This document shows positions 1 through 8,058 of a stretch of 45,908 bases of DNA, piece by piece (position 1 is the first letter of the stretch; each line of letters begins with the position of its first letter). The DNA comes from a virus, in the IMG/VR virus record IMGVR_UViG_3300017643_000011, positions 1-45,908 of that record. One strand, 5' to 3'. Below the pieces are notes generated by a model. That model made no database searches. It had not been told where the DNA came from and saw nothing but the letters and a program-made list of their open reading frames with translations. The translations under genes were made by a program, and so were the position numbers.

Positions 1-127
1 CTCGGCGCCTGCCTTGGCGACCTCCAAAGCCGCTTGTCTGGTCGCAGCACCCACGTGGAGGGCGTACTCGTTCAGTTGGTCTTGCAGACCCGCGAGGGAA
101 TCGGTTGATAGTTTGATAGTAAAGGTA
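1..127. repeat. Terminal overlap: nt 1-127 identical to nt 45782-45908 (circular closure)
   Basis: Direct comparison of both window ends (ctcggcgcctgcc...gatagtaaaggta at both termini). Confidence 0.95.
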
Positions 128-133
128 GGCATG

Positions 134-496
134 TCAGACCCGCCCCTTCACGGCGGTGAGGCCGACCGCGACCGAGTTGAGGCTCGGGGCGACCTTCACC
201 ACCTCGTAGGCGTCCTCGGGCGAACCGTTCTTCGGACACTCCCCCAGATACACTCTGTCGCCCTCTGTCACAATCTGTTTGTCGAGGACGAGCGAGAGGT
301 CGTACTGGGCGTCGGTACCGAACGGGCTGCTGGCGGCGTCGCCACCGGAGACGGCCCAGTTCGTCATGAGAAGGACCGGGGCGGCCCAGGTCTGGGCGTG
401 ATGGCCCGTCCTGTGCCCCTCGGCGTCAACGGTCTCGACCTGTCCGAGGTCACGGACGAGCCACACGGGTCGCTTGTTGCGCTCCATGCACCGCAC
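134..496 (-). CDS. head closure / head-tail adaptor protein (putative)
   Basis: 120-aa ORF placed between the gp6-like connector and the gp10-like gene. Its stop lies 1 nt from the next start (TGAcATG). Assignment is by synteny only. Confidence 0.45.
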   Translation of the reverse strand: MRCMERNKRPVWLVRDLGQVETVDAEGHRTGHHAQTWAAPVLLMTNWAVSGGDAASSPFGTDAQYDLSLVLDKQIVTEGDRVYLGECPKNGSPEDAYEVVKVAPSLNSVAVGLTAVKGRV

Positions 497-497
497 G

Positions 498-821
498 TCA
501 ATCAGGGACTCCCGCGAACGGTATGACGCGCCTGAGCATGGACGTGGGGATGCCGTCCGTGGCCCAAACGCGGTCGATGCCGTTCTCCTTGTGGGATGTC
601 TCGCCCTCGGCCCCGCGCTTGCCGATGAGGAACGCCGCTATCTCGCATTGGAGCGAGTCGTAGCGGGTGGGCCACTCGCAGGCCGAGGGGTCGGCCACGA
701 AGGGGAATCGACGGGCGAGGATGGTGTCCTTGGCCCGCGCGAGGGCGGAGGCCACCAACGCATCGGTGACCTCCTCCCCGCAGGAGAGCTTGACCTCGAC
801 TATCTTCTCCGCGTCGCTCAT
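498..821 (-). CDS. head-tail connector protein (gp6-like)
   Basis: Internal ATG at 821 (MSDAEKIVEV...) lies just after the capsid stop. 'KRGAEGETSHKENGIDRVW' resembles gp6-type connector proteins. Position after the capsid gene fits. Confidence 0.55.
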   Translation of the reverse strand: MSDAEKIVEVKLSCGEEVTDALVASALARAKDTILARRFPFVADPSACEWPTRYDSLQCEIAAFLIGKRGAEGETSHKENGIDRVWATDGIPTSMLRRVIPFAGVPD

Positions 822-829
822 GGCCGGGC

Positions 830-1840
830 CTAGACCGCGAACCCGGGGGTGATGAGCTTGGCGATGGGCACGGCCGCGGCATCGGCCACGAGGGACCAGT
901 TTCCCTTGGCCGCGAGCTGGGCGTCCGTAGGGGACACGCAACTGGCCGGGAGCTTGTAGGAGAAGCCGTTGGGATGGATGGTCTCGCGCTCACGGGTGAA
1001 CAGCATGTCGACGCCGCCGCGAGTCTTGGGGTCACGGAAGAGTTCGACGGGCTGAGTGACCGGGGCGGACGCATGCCTGAGGGACCCGTTGGCAAGGAGG
1101 TAGGTGTTGTAGGTGGCGGGGGTCGTGACATTGCCCGTGGAGGGGTCGGTCACGGCTGCGGTACCACCGACGCCATCATCCACGATGACGGTGAGACCGT
1201 TCACCTGATAGATGGGCAGGGCACGCTGGATGCCGTTGGCGTCGGTCTGCTTGAGATACTCGACCCGTTCCATGTCCTCGAAGGCCTGGGCGACGTTGGA
1301 GTGCATGATGGCGAGGGCGAGCTGGTCCTTGTGCTGACCGTAGATGCTGCAAGCGGCATCGGAGACCGTGGTGGCGGTGAGGGAGGCGGCCGTGACCGTA
1401 TGGGTGGACATGCCGGAGACGCCCAGAACGGCCTCAAGGATAGAGATGATGGTGTTCTGACGGTAGTGGCTCCAATAGCCCGCGACCTTGCCTGCGATGG
1501 CACCCATGGGGTTCACGCCCGTGCCGAAGTCACCAACGAACTGGTCGGCAGACCAACCGTGCATACGGCCGAACACGACGCCGGACTCGCTGGTACCGGA
1601 GAGGGTGTCGGTCTTGATGTCGGTCGCGCCGTCGTAGTTCTCGGGTGCGTTCTGGGCGAGAAGGCCGTAGAAGGGTGTGGTGTAGGTGTTGGAGCCACCT
1701 GCAATCTGGGAGGCGATTGCGGAGTCCTCGACCATGGCACCGGAGGTCAGAAGAGCCGTGGACACGAGGTCGGGCACGGACTGCCAAGTGCGGTTGAAAA
1801 TCTCCTCATCGAACGGAAAACCACCGAATGTACCAGGCAT
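830..1840 (-). CDS. major capsid protein
   Basis: 336-aa ORF directly after the scaffolding gene and before the connectors. Size and composition are typical of an HK97-fold capsid protein. Confidence 0.75.
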   Translation of the reverse strand: MPGTFGGFPFDEEIFNRTWQSVPDLVSTALLTSGAMVEDSAIASQIAGGSNTYTTPFYGLLAQNAPENYDGATDIKTDTLSGTSESGVVFGRMHGWSADQFVGDFGTGVNPMGAIAGKVAGYWSHYRQNTIISILEAVLGVSGMSTHTVTAASLTATTVSDAACSIYGQHKDQLALAIMHSNVAQAFEDMERVEYLKQTDANGIQRALPIYQVNGLTVIVDDGVGGTAAVTDPSTGNVTTPATYNTYLLANGSLRHASAPVTQPVELFRDPKTRGGVDMLFTRERETIHPNGFSYKLPASCVSPTDAQLAAKGNWSLVADAAAVPIAKLITPGFAV

Positions 1841-1855
1841 TGTGAATCCTTTCGT

Positions 1856-2440
1856 TTAGGCGAGCTTGGAGAGGATGCTGGGGTCCTGCCTCTTAAGCTC
1901 AATCTGTTTGCTGTCAGGGAGTTTGCTGAACTCGGCGAAGGTCTTGGGGAGCGCGTCGGGGTCATCGCCCGCAGGGGGGCGTGGGGTACCCGCGAGAATC
2001 TCCTTGCGGACCGTCTCCTCCGTGGTAGCCACCGTGGACTTGAGCAACGCCGCGATGGCCTCGGCCACCGTCTTGCCCTGCGTCTCGTCCGAGAAGTCGA
2101 AGGCGTCGAGAAGCGCGTTGGCCGACTCGTCCGCGACCCCGGCCCCTGCGAGGACCTGACCCGCCGAGAGACGTGCCACACGCTTGGCGTAGTCGGCCTG
2201 GACGGAGTTGGCCTTGTCGAGCGCGGCCTGCCACTTCTCCTGCTCGGACATGTTCTCGGCCTTGGCCCTCTCGTACTCGGCGTTCGCTGCGGCAAGTTCG
2301 CCGTTCGTCGCCTTGAGCCTGTCGAGCTGGCCCTTGAAGCCTCCGATGTCCTTGGAGTGAGCGTTCAGAATCGCGTCGATGGCCTCGTCCGTGGCGGTCT
2401 CGCCAAGGATTGCCCTGACATCTTCCCTAGTCATTGCCAT
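1856..2440 (-). CDS. capsid scaffolding protein
   Basis: 194 aa, Ala/Glu/Lys-rich with predicted coiled coil. Located between portal and capsid genes, overlapping the portal stop by 14 nt. Confidence 0.7.
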   Translation of the reverse strand: MAMTREDVRAILGETATDEAIDAILNAHSKDIGGFKGQLDRLKATNGELAAANAEYERAKAENMSEQEKWQAALDKANSVQADYAKRVARLSAGQVLAGAGVADESANALLDAFDFSDETQGKTVAEAIAALLKSTVATTEETVRKEILAGTPRPPAGDDPDALPKTFAEFSKLPDSKQIELKRQDPSILSKLA

Positions 2441-4007
2441 TTCCAGTCCCTTCGGTCGGGTTCGCTTTGGTATCGCGGGTCGCGTCCGCTCCCCCTGCGA
2501 CGGATGCGCCGTCGCCCGCTATGGAATCGCCGTCTCCGGCGTCGTTCCCCTGTGGTGATGCGAACAAGGCCTGGGCCGTCGCGGCCTTGGCCTCGGAGTA
2601 GGACTTGGAATCCGCGTAGGCGGTCTCGGGGTCCGAGAAGAGGCCGCAGTACTCGAATGCGAGCCTCGGGTGCAGCCCGGCAACGCCCATGAGCGTCGAG
2701 AAGACCTGGGCCTTGCTCTGTATGGCCTCGTAGTTTCTGCGGGTGAACTTGATGTCGACGTTCCGCTGGGACAGCTTGAGGTGCTCCGCCGTGTCACAGA
2801 TGCCGAGCACGATGCCGAGGAACCGTCGTTCGCTGCGCTTGAAGGTCAGCTCGCTGTCCTTGGCACGGGTCTCGGCGAGGCTCCATCCGTCCCTGAGCAT
2901 GACGGCGGCCCCGGTGTCGGAGGTCGACGCGCCGCCGCCCTGGTTGCGAGGCATCCCGCATATGTCGAGGGCCGTGCTGTAGAGGTTGTCCACAAGGACC
3001 TGCGTTTGGCCCTGGTCGAGGGTCGAGACGAGCATGTCCACGCTCCCGTCGACCCCCTCGGCGGAGTTTATCTTGATGGCACCGAGGGCCAGCATCTCCC
3101 GATAGTTCTTGGCGTCGATGTCGACGTTCTTGAACACCATCAACGCCTGTACGAACTGCTCCACCCCGTCGAGCCGGTTGGACTCCATGAGGTTTATCGC
3201 GTTGAGCAACGGCAGGACCGCCTCGAAGCAACCCATGCGCTCGGGGTTCGCCGGGTACTCCACGATGGGTATCGCCCCGAGGGAGTGTGGCTGCTCGCTG
3301 ACTATCTGATGGTTGGTTATCGTGAACATGGTGGTGTCCGTGTAGCAGGAATATATCTCTCGGCTCGTCTGCTCGTCCTTGACGTAGGTGACGCCGAGCA
3401 CAGGCTCCTTGGCAACGTCGTTGCAGTAGACCACGAACGTGTGGCGGGGGTCGAGGGTGTGAATCTCGAACGGGACATCATCGGGTCGGGTGTTCAGGTC
3501 CTTGTCGGGAAGCACGAGCCTGTAGCTCGTGCCGCACACCATCTGCCACTGTACGAGGTCCCGGTCCTCGGCCGCCTTGTCCTCGGCAACCATCATGTCG
3601 TTGAGTCTCTGGACCCTGCGGGACATCTCGTCATCGGCCTCGCCGGACGCCTCGGAGTCGGCCCCGGAACGAGCCGTGTACACGACGGGTTCGCCCACGA
3701 GGTAGCCGACCTTGAAGGACACTATCTGGTTGGCCCGGTTCTCCACGACCCTGTTGCAAATCTCGGGCCGGACATCCTTGGTCCTGTCCAGAATCGGCTG
3801 CCAACCCTTGTAGTAGCGCCACAGCCAGTCCTCGTCCATGGCGTTCGTCTTGTGGATGCCGAGCGCGATGTCGAGCACCTCAAGGATGTTGGTCCTGTTG
3901 ATGTCGGTGTTGGAGGTGAGCAGACGATGCCGCCCGTCGTACGTGACGGGGACGGGCTGCGCCTCCGCGACGGGTGTGGTCGTGCTGTCGGTCGTGTCCT
4001 CTGCCAA
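2427..4007 (-). CDS. portal protein (SPP1 gp6-like)
   Basis: 526 aa. 'YYKGWQPILDR' and 'NRANQIVSFKVGYLVG' are portal-type motifs. TTG start at 4007 is preceded by GGAGGAGGG. Lies downstream of terL. Confidence 0.85.
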   Translation of the reverse strand: MAEDTTDSTTTPVAEAQPVPVTYDGRHRLLTSNTDINRTNILEVLDIALGIHKTNAMDEDWLWRYYKGWQPILDRTKDVRPEICNRVVENRANQIVSFKVGYLVGEPVVYTARSGADSEASGEADDEMSRRVQRLNDMMVAEDKAAEDRDLVQWQMVCGTSYRLVLPDKDLNTRPDDVPFEIHTLDPRHTFVVYCNDVAKEPVLGVTYVKDEQTSREIYSCYTDTTMFTITNHQIVSEQPHSLGAIPIVEYPANPERMGCFEAVLPLLNAINLMESNRLDGVEQFVQALMVFKNVDIDAKNYREMLALGAIKINSAEGVDGSVDMLVSTLDQGQTQVLVDNLYSTALDICGMPRNQGGGASTSDTGAAVMLRDGWSLAETRAKDSELTFKRSERRFLGIVLGICDTAEHLKLSQRNVDIKFTRRNYEAIQSKAQVFSTLMGVAGLHPRLAFEYCGLFSDPETAYADSKSYSEAKAATAQALFASPQGNDAGDGDSIAGDGASVAGGADATRDTKANPTEGTGNGND

Positions 4008-4127
4008 GGTTTAGCCCTCCTCCGAACGTCTCGCCCGCACCCTCCCCGAAGGAGGGACGGGGAGGGTCTCCGAGCGATTGGGGGCGGCGTCCCCCACCCG
4101 TAGACTTTCGCACTCCATAAGAAGTGA

Positions 4128-4144
4128 AACGTATCGGTCTTACG
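4128..4144 (-). repeat. 17-nt intergenic hairpin motif, copy 1 (AACGTATCGGTCTTACG on + strand)
   Basis: Identical 17-mer also at 34064-34080; shorter copies at 5843-5855 and 45038-45047. The minus-strand RNA could fold as ACGTA-AGACCGA-TACGT. Confidence 0.7.
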
Positions 4145-4145
4145 C

Positions 4146-5840
4146 TCAGAAGGGGCGGCGCACGGCCTGCACCTTGGCCTTGCGCTTGCGCGACGCGAAC
4201 TCGGACAGCATCGACAGGGCGTCCGGCGCGTCATCGTGGCGGTTCTTGCCCTGGAGGGCGTAGCTCGTGAGCTGGGACAGGAACCGCGAGTAGTCGGACC
4301 CCGGTTTGACCTCGGACTCGTCGAGGAACAGGCAATGCTCCATAATCCAGGGGGAGGCGGCCAGTATGCGCGTCTCCTTGTTGCTGCTCGTGTACTTGGT
4401 GGTGATGGCGGTCTGGCCCTCCCGCGCGACGAGCATGTTCGACACCTCACGGGCCGTCGCGCCGCCCGCCGAGTTGCTCTCGAACCTGGCCTGCTGCACG
4501 CCGTTGCGCATGAGGCACTGGACCAGCCTCTCGCGCACCAGCTCGGGGGCCGCATCGTCACACACCACATCGCCTATGTACCAGTCCTGGCCGTACACGT
4601 AGGCCACGGGCATCACGCAGAAGTCGATGCCCCGGTCCTTGGTGTCTGCCACGGCCACCACCGCGTCGGGTGGGTCGGAGGGCATGGACAGGAACCGCCT
4701 CAACTGGTCGGGCGGGAAGAGCTGTCCCTGACGGACGTACGGCGCACCCTCGTACTTGGCGCACCACGTCGCATCATCGGTCATCCTCTTCATATCAATA
4801 TAGTAACTTGTCGAGAACCCCAGCCCGTACTGGTACTCGAAGTTGCTCTCACCCGTCGACGGGTCGAGCGCGGGTATCACCAGCTCGCGGTAGCCCGGCT
4901 CCCCACGGTGCATGTCGAGCATCCGTCCCTCGGGGTCGGCCACGTCCCAGCGGGTGCCGACCATGAGTATCTTGGTCCCGTCCTTGCGGCGGTCGTAGGC
5001 CTGGTTGACGAACGCGCCCCACTTCCGGTCGAGGCGGGCGGGACTCATGGCCTCCTCCAGGTCCTCCACGAGGTCATCGGCATAGAGCCAGCCGTGCTCG
5101 CCGACCTCGACCGCGCCCGTGAGCGTGCCCTCGATGGAACGACACGTGAGGGTGGGGAACCGCCGCCTCGCGCGAAGGGCTATCGCCTCGTCCTCCGAGG
5201 AGTCCCACACGTAGGGCGACTCGGGGAATATCTCGTGGTAGTTGTACCGCTCCTCGGTCATCATCGACTTCGACTCGCCGTAGAAGCCCTTGGTGAGCTT
5301 GTCGGAGTGGCCCGTCATGAGGTTGGCGTCGAGCGGGTGGCGGCCCATGTGCCAGTTGAGGCCCATGATGCAGGTGGTCGACTTGCCGACGCGGGGCGGG
5401 CAGGACACTATGAGCATCCGCTCGTTGGGGTCGTCCTCCAGCCGCTGTATCCCCTGGCAGAGCGGCATGAGCTGGCGTCGCCTCGGCAGCCAGAACCGCT
5501 GCTCGGGGGGACGGTCGAACTCCATGGCCTGCATGTAAGCGTCGAAGTCGTCGTGGGCGTCGACGATGAGCTGCCCGCGCAGCAGGTCGCCGAGCCGCTG
5601 CACGACCCCCGCGTCGCGGGTACCCGTTATGCCCCGTCCCAGGAGCCTGCGCAGCTCGGCCCCCGCCGCACGGTCGGTGCGCCCACGGGCGTCCCTCACC
5701 GACCTGAGCCATGAGCATGCGTCCTCCGCGACCGACACATCGCATGTGTCGTGCCCGTAGGCGTCGAGCACGCCCCTGGTCACCCTGTCCTGTTCCAGAA
5801 CATCCATGCCCCCGAGCGTCACATGGACGCCCGGGGGCAC
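4146..5840 (-). CDS. terL: terminase large subunit
   Basis: 564-aa ORF with Walker A-like 'SCPPRVGKST' in the N-terminal ATPase half, followed by a nuclease-sized C-terminal half. Sits immediately upstream of portal. Start is ambiguous (GTG 5840 or ATG 5807). Confidence 0.85.
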   Translation of the reverse strand: MPPGVHVTLGGMDVLEQDRVTRGVLDAYGHDTCDVSVAEDACSWLRSVRDARGRTDRAAGAELRRLLGRGITGTRDAGVVQRLGDLLRGQLIVDAHDDFDAYMQAMEFDRPPEQRFWLPRRRQLMPLCQGIQRLEDDPNERMLIVSCPPRVGKSTTCIMGLNWHMGRHPLDANLMTGHSDKLTKGFYGESKSMMTEERYNYHEIFPESPYVWDSSEDEAIALRARRRFPTLTCRSIEGTLTGAVEVGEHGWLYADDLVEDLEEAMSPARLDRKWGAFVNQAYDRRKDGTKILMVGTRWDVADPEGRMLDMHRGEPGYRELVIPALDPSTGESNFEYQYGLGFSTSYYIDMKRMTDDATWCAKYEGAPYVRQGQLFPPDQLRRFLSMPSDPPDAVVAVADTKDRGIDFCVMPVAYVYGQDWYIGDVVCDDAAPELVRERLVQCLMRNGVQQARFESNSAGGATAREVSNMLVAREGQTAITTKYTSSNKETRILAASPWIMEHCLFLDESEVKPGSDYSRFLSQLTSYALQGKNRHDDAPDALSMLSEFASRKRKAKVQAVRRPF

Positions 5841-5842
5841 GT

Positions 5843-5855
5843 GTATCGGTCTTAC
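5843..5855 (-). repeat. intergenic motif, copy 2 (GTATCGGTCTTAC)
   Basis: 13-nt match to the 17-mer at 4128/34064, located 3 nt upstream of the terL GTG. Confidence 0.6.
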
Positions 5856-5877
5856 TTGTTAGGTAGAACCATCCAGG

Positions 5878-6510
5878 CTATGCGAAGGTGAGCGAGTCGA
5901 GCAGGACCTGATAGGTCGCGTGAGTGAACGCCCCATCCTCGGCCGAGCCTATCACGGCCACGGTATATATTCCACCATCCTCGGGCGAGCCGAACGATAT
6001 GATATCGCCTTTCAGATGATAGCCACCCTTGATGTCGAAAGACCCGCTGTCGTGGAAGGCAGTACGCCCGGCGAACGTGACGGCCCCGCAGGGCGACGCC
6101 GGGTCGAGGTTGTCGGTCTCGTCCCACAGCGCGTCCGTGTCCGTCCCCGTGACGCTCTGCTCGTATGATTCCGCCGCGAGTTCGACATCGGCAGTATCCT
6201 CGGTGGCGATGAATGCCACTACGGCGATATACGTCTTGCTCCCCGAGCTTTGCATCTGGCACGACTGGTTCCCGCGATCGTTCGCCTTCCTCTTCTGGGT
6301 CCAGCCGTCAGGCACCTCGAACGTGACCTTGCCGACGGTAGCGGTCTTGGGGACCGGAGCCGGGGTCGGTTCCTCGCTCGTCTCGGTGCTCGTCGCCGCG
6401 TCCTGCGACGTCGATGCCGCCGGACTCGCGCAACCTCCCAGTGCCACTCCCAACGCCAACGCCACTCCCAGCACCGCAGCACCCATCGTCACGAATCGGT
6501 CCCGTCCCAT
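5878..6510 (-). CDS. secreted lipoprotein (moron; possible superinfection-exclusion factor)
   Basis: N-terminal signal peptide with lipobox 'GVALGGC', followed by a Ser/Thr/Pro-rich linker. An AT-rich patch and AAGGGG SD lie upstream at 6511-6553. Confidence 0.7.
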   Translation of the reverse strand: MGRDRFVTMGAAVLGVALALGVALGGCASPAASTSQDAATSTETSEEPTPAPVPKTATVGKVTFEVPDGWTQKRKANDRGNQSCQMQSSGSKTYIAVVAFIATEDTADVELAAESYEQSVTGTDTDALWDETDNLDPASPCGAVTFAGRTAFHDSGSFDIKGGYHLKGDIISFGSPEDGGIYTVAVIGSAEDGAFTHATYQVLLDSLTFA

Positions 6511-6553
6511 GCGCCGCCCCTTTTCGATATGATTCCGAAGTGCTTTCAGAATA

Positions 6554-7177
6554 CTACAAGGAAGCGGGCCGGTCGGGTTCCACTTCCCGTCCCCAGGCCT
6601 CGGCGGGCACCGCCTTGTGTCGGTACCACGTGCTCCTGCCTATCCCCATGTCCGCGCACGCCTGCGCCACCGTCTCCTCCCCCCTGCCTATCCTGTCCTC
6701 GTGCCACGCCCTCGGGTGTCCATGGGACGTCGCCCTCGGCCTGCCCTCGCGCCAACCCGGGCGCTCCCGCGCCCTGCGCTTGCCCTCGGAGGTCCTCTCG
6801 GCGATCATGTCGCGCTCGAACTCGGCCACGGCGAGCATCACGTTGCGCAGCAGCCTCGACGCGGGGTCGCCCGCGAGCGTGCCCACGTTGAGCACCGTCA
6901 CCCTCACCCCGCGCCCGTCCATCTCGTCAAGCAGCGTGAGGCCGTCCGACAGCGAGCGCGCGAAGCGGTCCATCTTGGTCACCACCAGCTCGTCTCCCGA
7001 CGTGAGGCGTGCCATGAGGGCGTCGAGCGCGGGCCTGTGCTCCGAATGGCCGGTAAACGCCTCCCGCACGACCTCGGTGCACCCCTGCTCGCGCAAGGTG
7101 GCCTCCTGGGTGTCGAGAGACGTGCCGTCCGCCGCCTGCCCACGAGAACTGACACGGGCGTAGCCGTAACGGGTCAT
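6554..7177 (-). CDS. small serine recombinase (resolvase/invertase family)
   Basis: 'YGYARVSSRGQ' catalytic-Ser motif, 'VVTKMDRFARS', and a C-terminal HTH 'GIGRSTWYRH'. About 207 aa. ATGA overlap with the upstream ORF. Confidence 0.85.
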   Translation of the reverse strand: MTRYGYARVSSRGQAADGTSLDTQEATLREQGCTEVVREAFTGHSEHRPALDALMARLTSGDELVVTKMDRFARSLSDGLTLLDEMDGRGVRVTVLNVGTLAGDPASRLLRNVMLAVAEFERDMIAERTSEGKRRARERPGWREGRPRATSHGHPRAWHEDRIGRGEETVAQACADMGIGRSTWYRHKAVPAEAWGREVEPDRPASL

Positions 7178-7452
7178 CACCACACCCCCCGCTTCCGCCA
7201 ATCAATCTGCGGGTATCCCGGCGTGTCCCAGTCGGTCGTACCACGACATTTGGTCCAACCGCCGGCGGGAGTCTGGCCGCACGAGGGGCACCAGACGCGG
7301 GCCTCGGTGAGAGGGTCATCGACCCCCTCGGACGATGCAGTGAGACGGCCGCCGCACACGAGGCATGGGTGGATTCCCTCGGGATGGGCGTTGAGCCACT
7401 GGGCGTAGGTCATACGGGACGGAAGGCCACCGTCAATCAGCGTCAGCGACAT
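7177..7452 (-). CDS. zinc-ribbon protein (CxxC...CxxC), unknown function
   Basis: 'CLVCGG...WCPSCG'. Translationally coupled (ATGA) to the recombinase and overlaps the HTH gene end by 20 nt. Confidence 0.5.
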   Translation of the reverse strand: MSLTLIDGGLPSRMTYAQWLNAHPEGIHPCLVCGGRLTASSEGVDDPLTEARVWCPSCGQTPAGGWTKCRGTTDWDTPGYPQIDWRKRGVW

Positions 7453-7702
7453 CGTTCCCTGCCTCCCCGCAACCAATCGGGTCGACGCGCCTGGCCTCGG
7501 GCGGGAGCTTCGTCCCCCGAGGGACCGCCACGAGGTCGTAGCCAAGCACGTCGAGTATCTGCCATAGGGTCTTGGCGGTCATGTTGCCACGACGAAGTGC
7601 GACCGCGATGGACGGAGGCTTCACGCCGAGCCGCTCCGCCACATCCTTCTGTGAACTGCCACGTGAGGCTATCAGCTCACGAATGGCGTCCGAAATGTAC
7701 AT
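7433..7702 (-). CDS. XRE/Cro-type HTH transcriptional regulator
   Basis: 'SQKDVAERLGVKPPSIAVALRRGN' HTH. SD GAGAGGA upstream of ATG 7702 (alternative ATG at 7708). Divergent from the plus-strand operon. Confidence 0.7.
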   Translation of the reverse strand: MYISDAIRELIASRGSSQKDVAERLGVKPPSIAVALRRGNMTAKTLWQILDVLGYDLVAVPRGTKLPPEARRVDPIGCGEAGNDVADAD

Positions 7703-7741
7703 ACGCATGTCCTCTCTGTGATTACATCGGCGTTTACGTTT

Positions 7742-8045
7742 GTCTAACACAATAATGCATAGTCATACGTCTAACAAGTCCTTTTTAGATTTTTTTCTCC
7801 TCGCGGTACTCAACAGGCGGATTCTACCTAGGATCAATCCCTGCCCGGTACCCTTGCCATAACGTTATTGCTGGTACACGTGTAGTGCGTCTCGTTACAC
7901 GCCTATGCATCTATTGCGTAGCTCAAAACTGTTGAGTATAGAGACACTCATATTGGTTAGACGTTCGTTTATGTAGATAATGTGAACCACTGGACACAAA
8001 TTAGACGCTTGCTTAATCTATAGTCATGTTAAACGAACGTCTAAC
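7742..8045. promoter_or_regulatory. divergent promoter/operator region with five ACGTCTAAC-type sites
   Basis: GTCTAAC at 7742 and 7767-7775. Exact 15-bp inverted pair GTTAGACGTTCGTTT (7956-7970) and AAACGAACGTCTAAC (8031-8045). TTAGACG at 8001. The surrounding sequence is AT-rich. Confidence 0.55.
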
Positions 8046-8058
8046 GAACGGAGTCACG

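Noticed and set aside
1-127. The terminal repeat as a genuine phage direct terminal repeat
   Set aside because: The repeat falls in the middle of a coding sequence, and it has the form of an assembler overlap on a circular or circularly permuted molecule. This cannot be excluded without reads.
974-2692. 572-aa plus-strand ORF antisense to the capsid and scaffold genes
   Set aside because: It is Arg/Gly/Val/Asp-rich and low in complexity, has no SD, and is fully antisense to genes with clear structural synteny. This is the typical shadow ORF of high-GC DNA.
7956-8045. 15-bp exact inverted repeats as borders of an invertible promoter (inverton) flipped by the neighbouring serine recombinase
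   Set aside because: The flanked segment is only 60 bp. The same word also occurs three more times as single sites nearby, which fits repressor operators better. Read-level evidence of both orientations would be needed to revive this idea.
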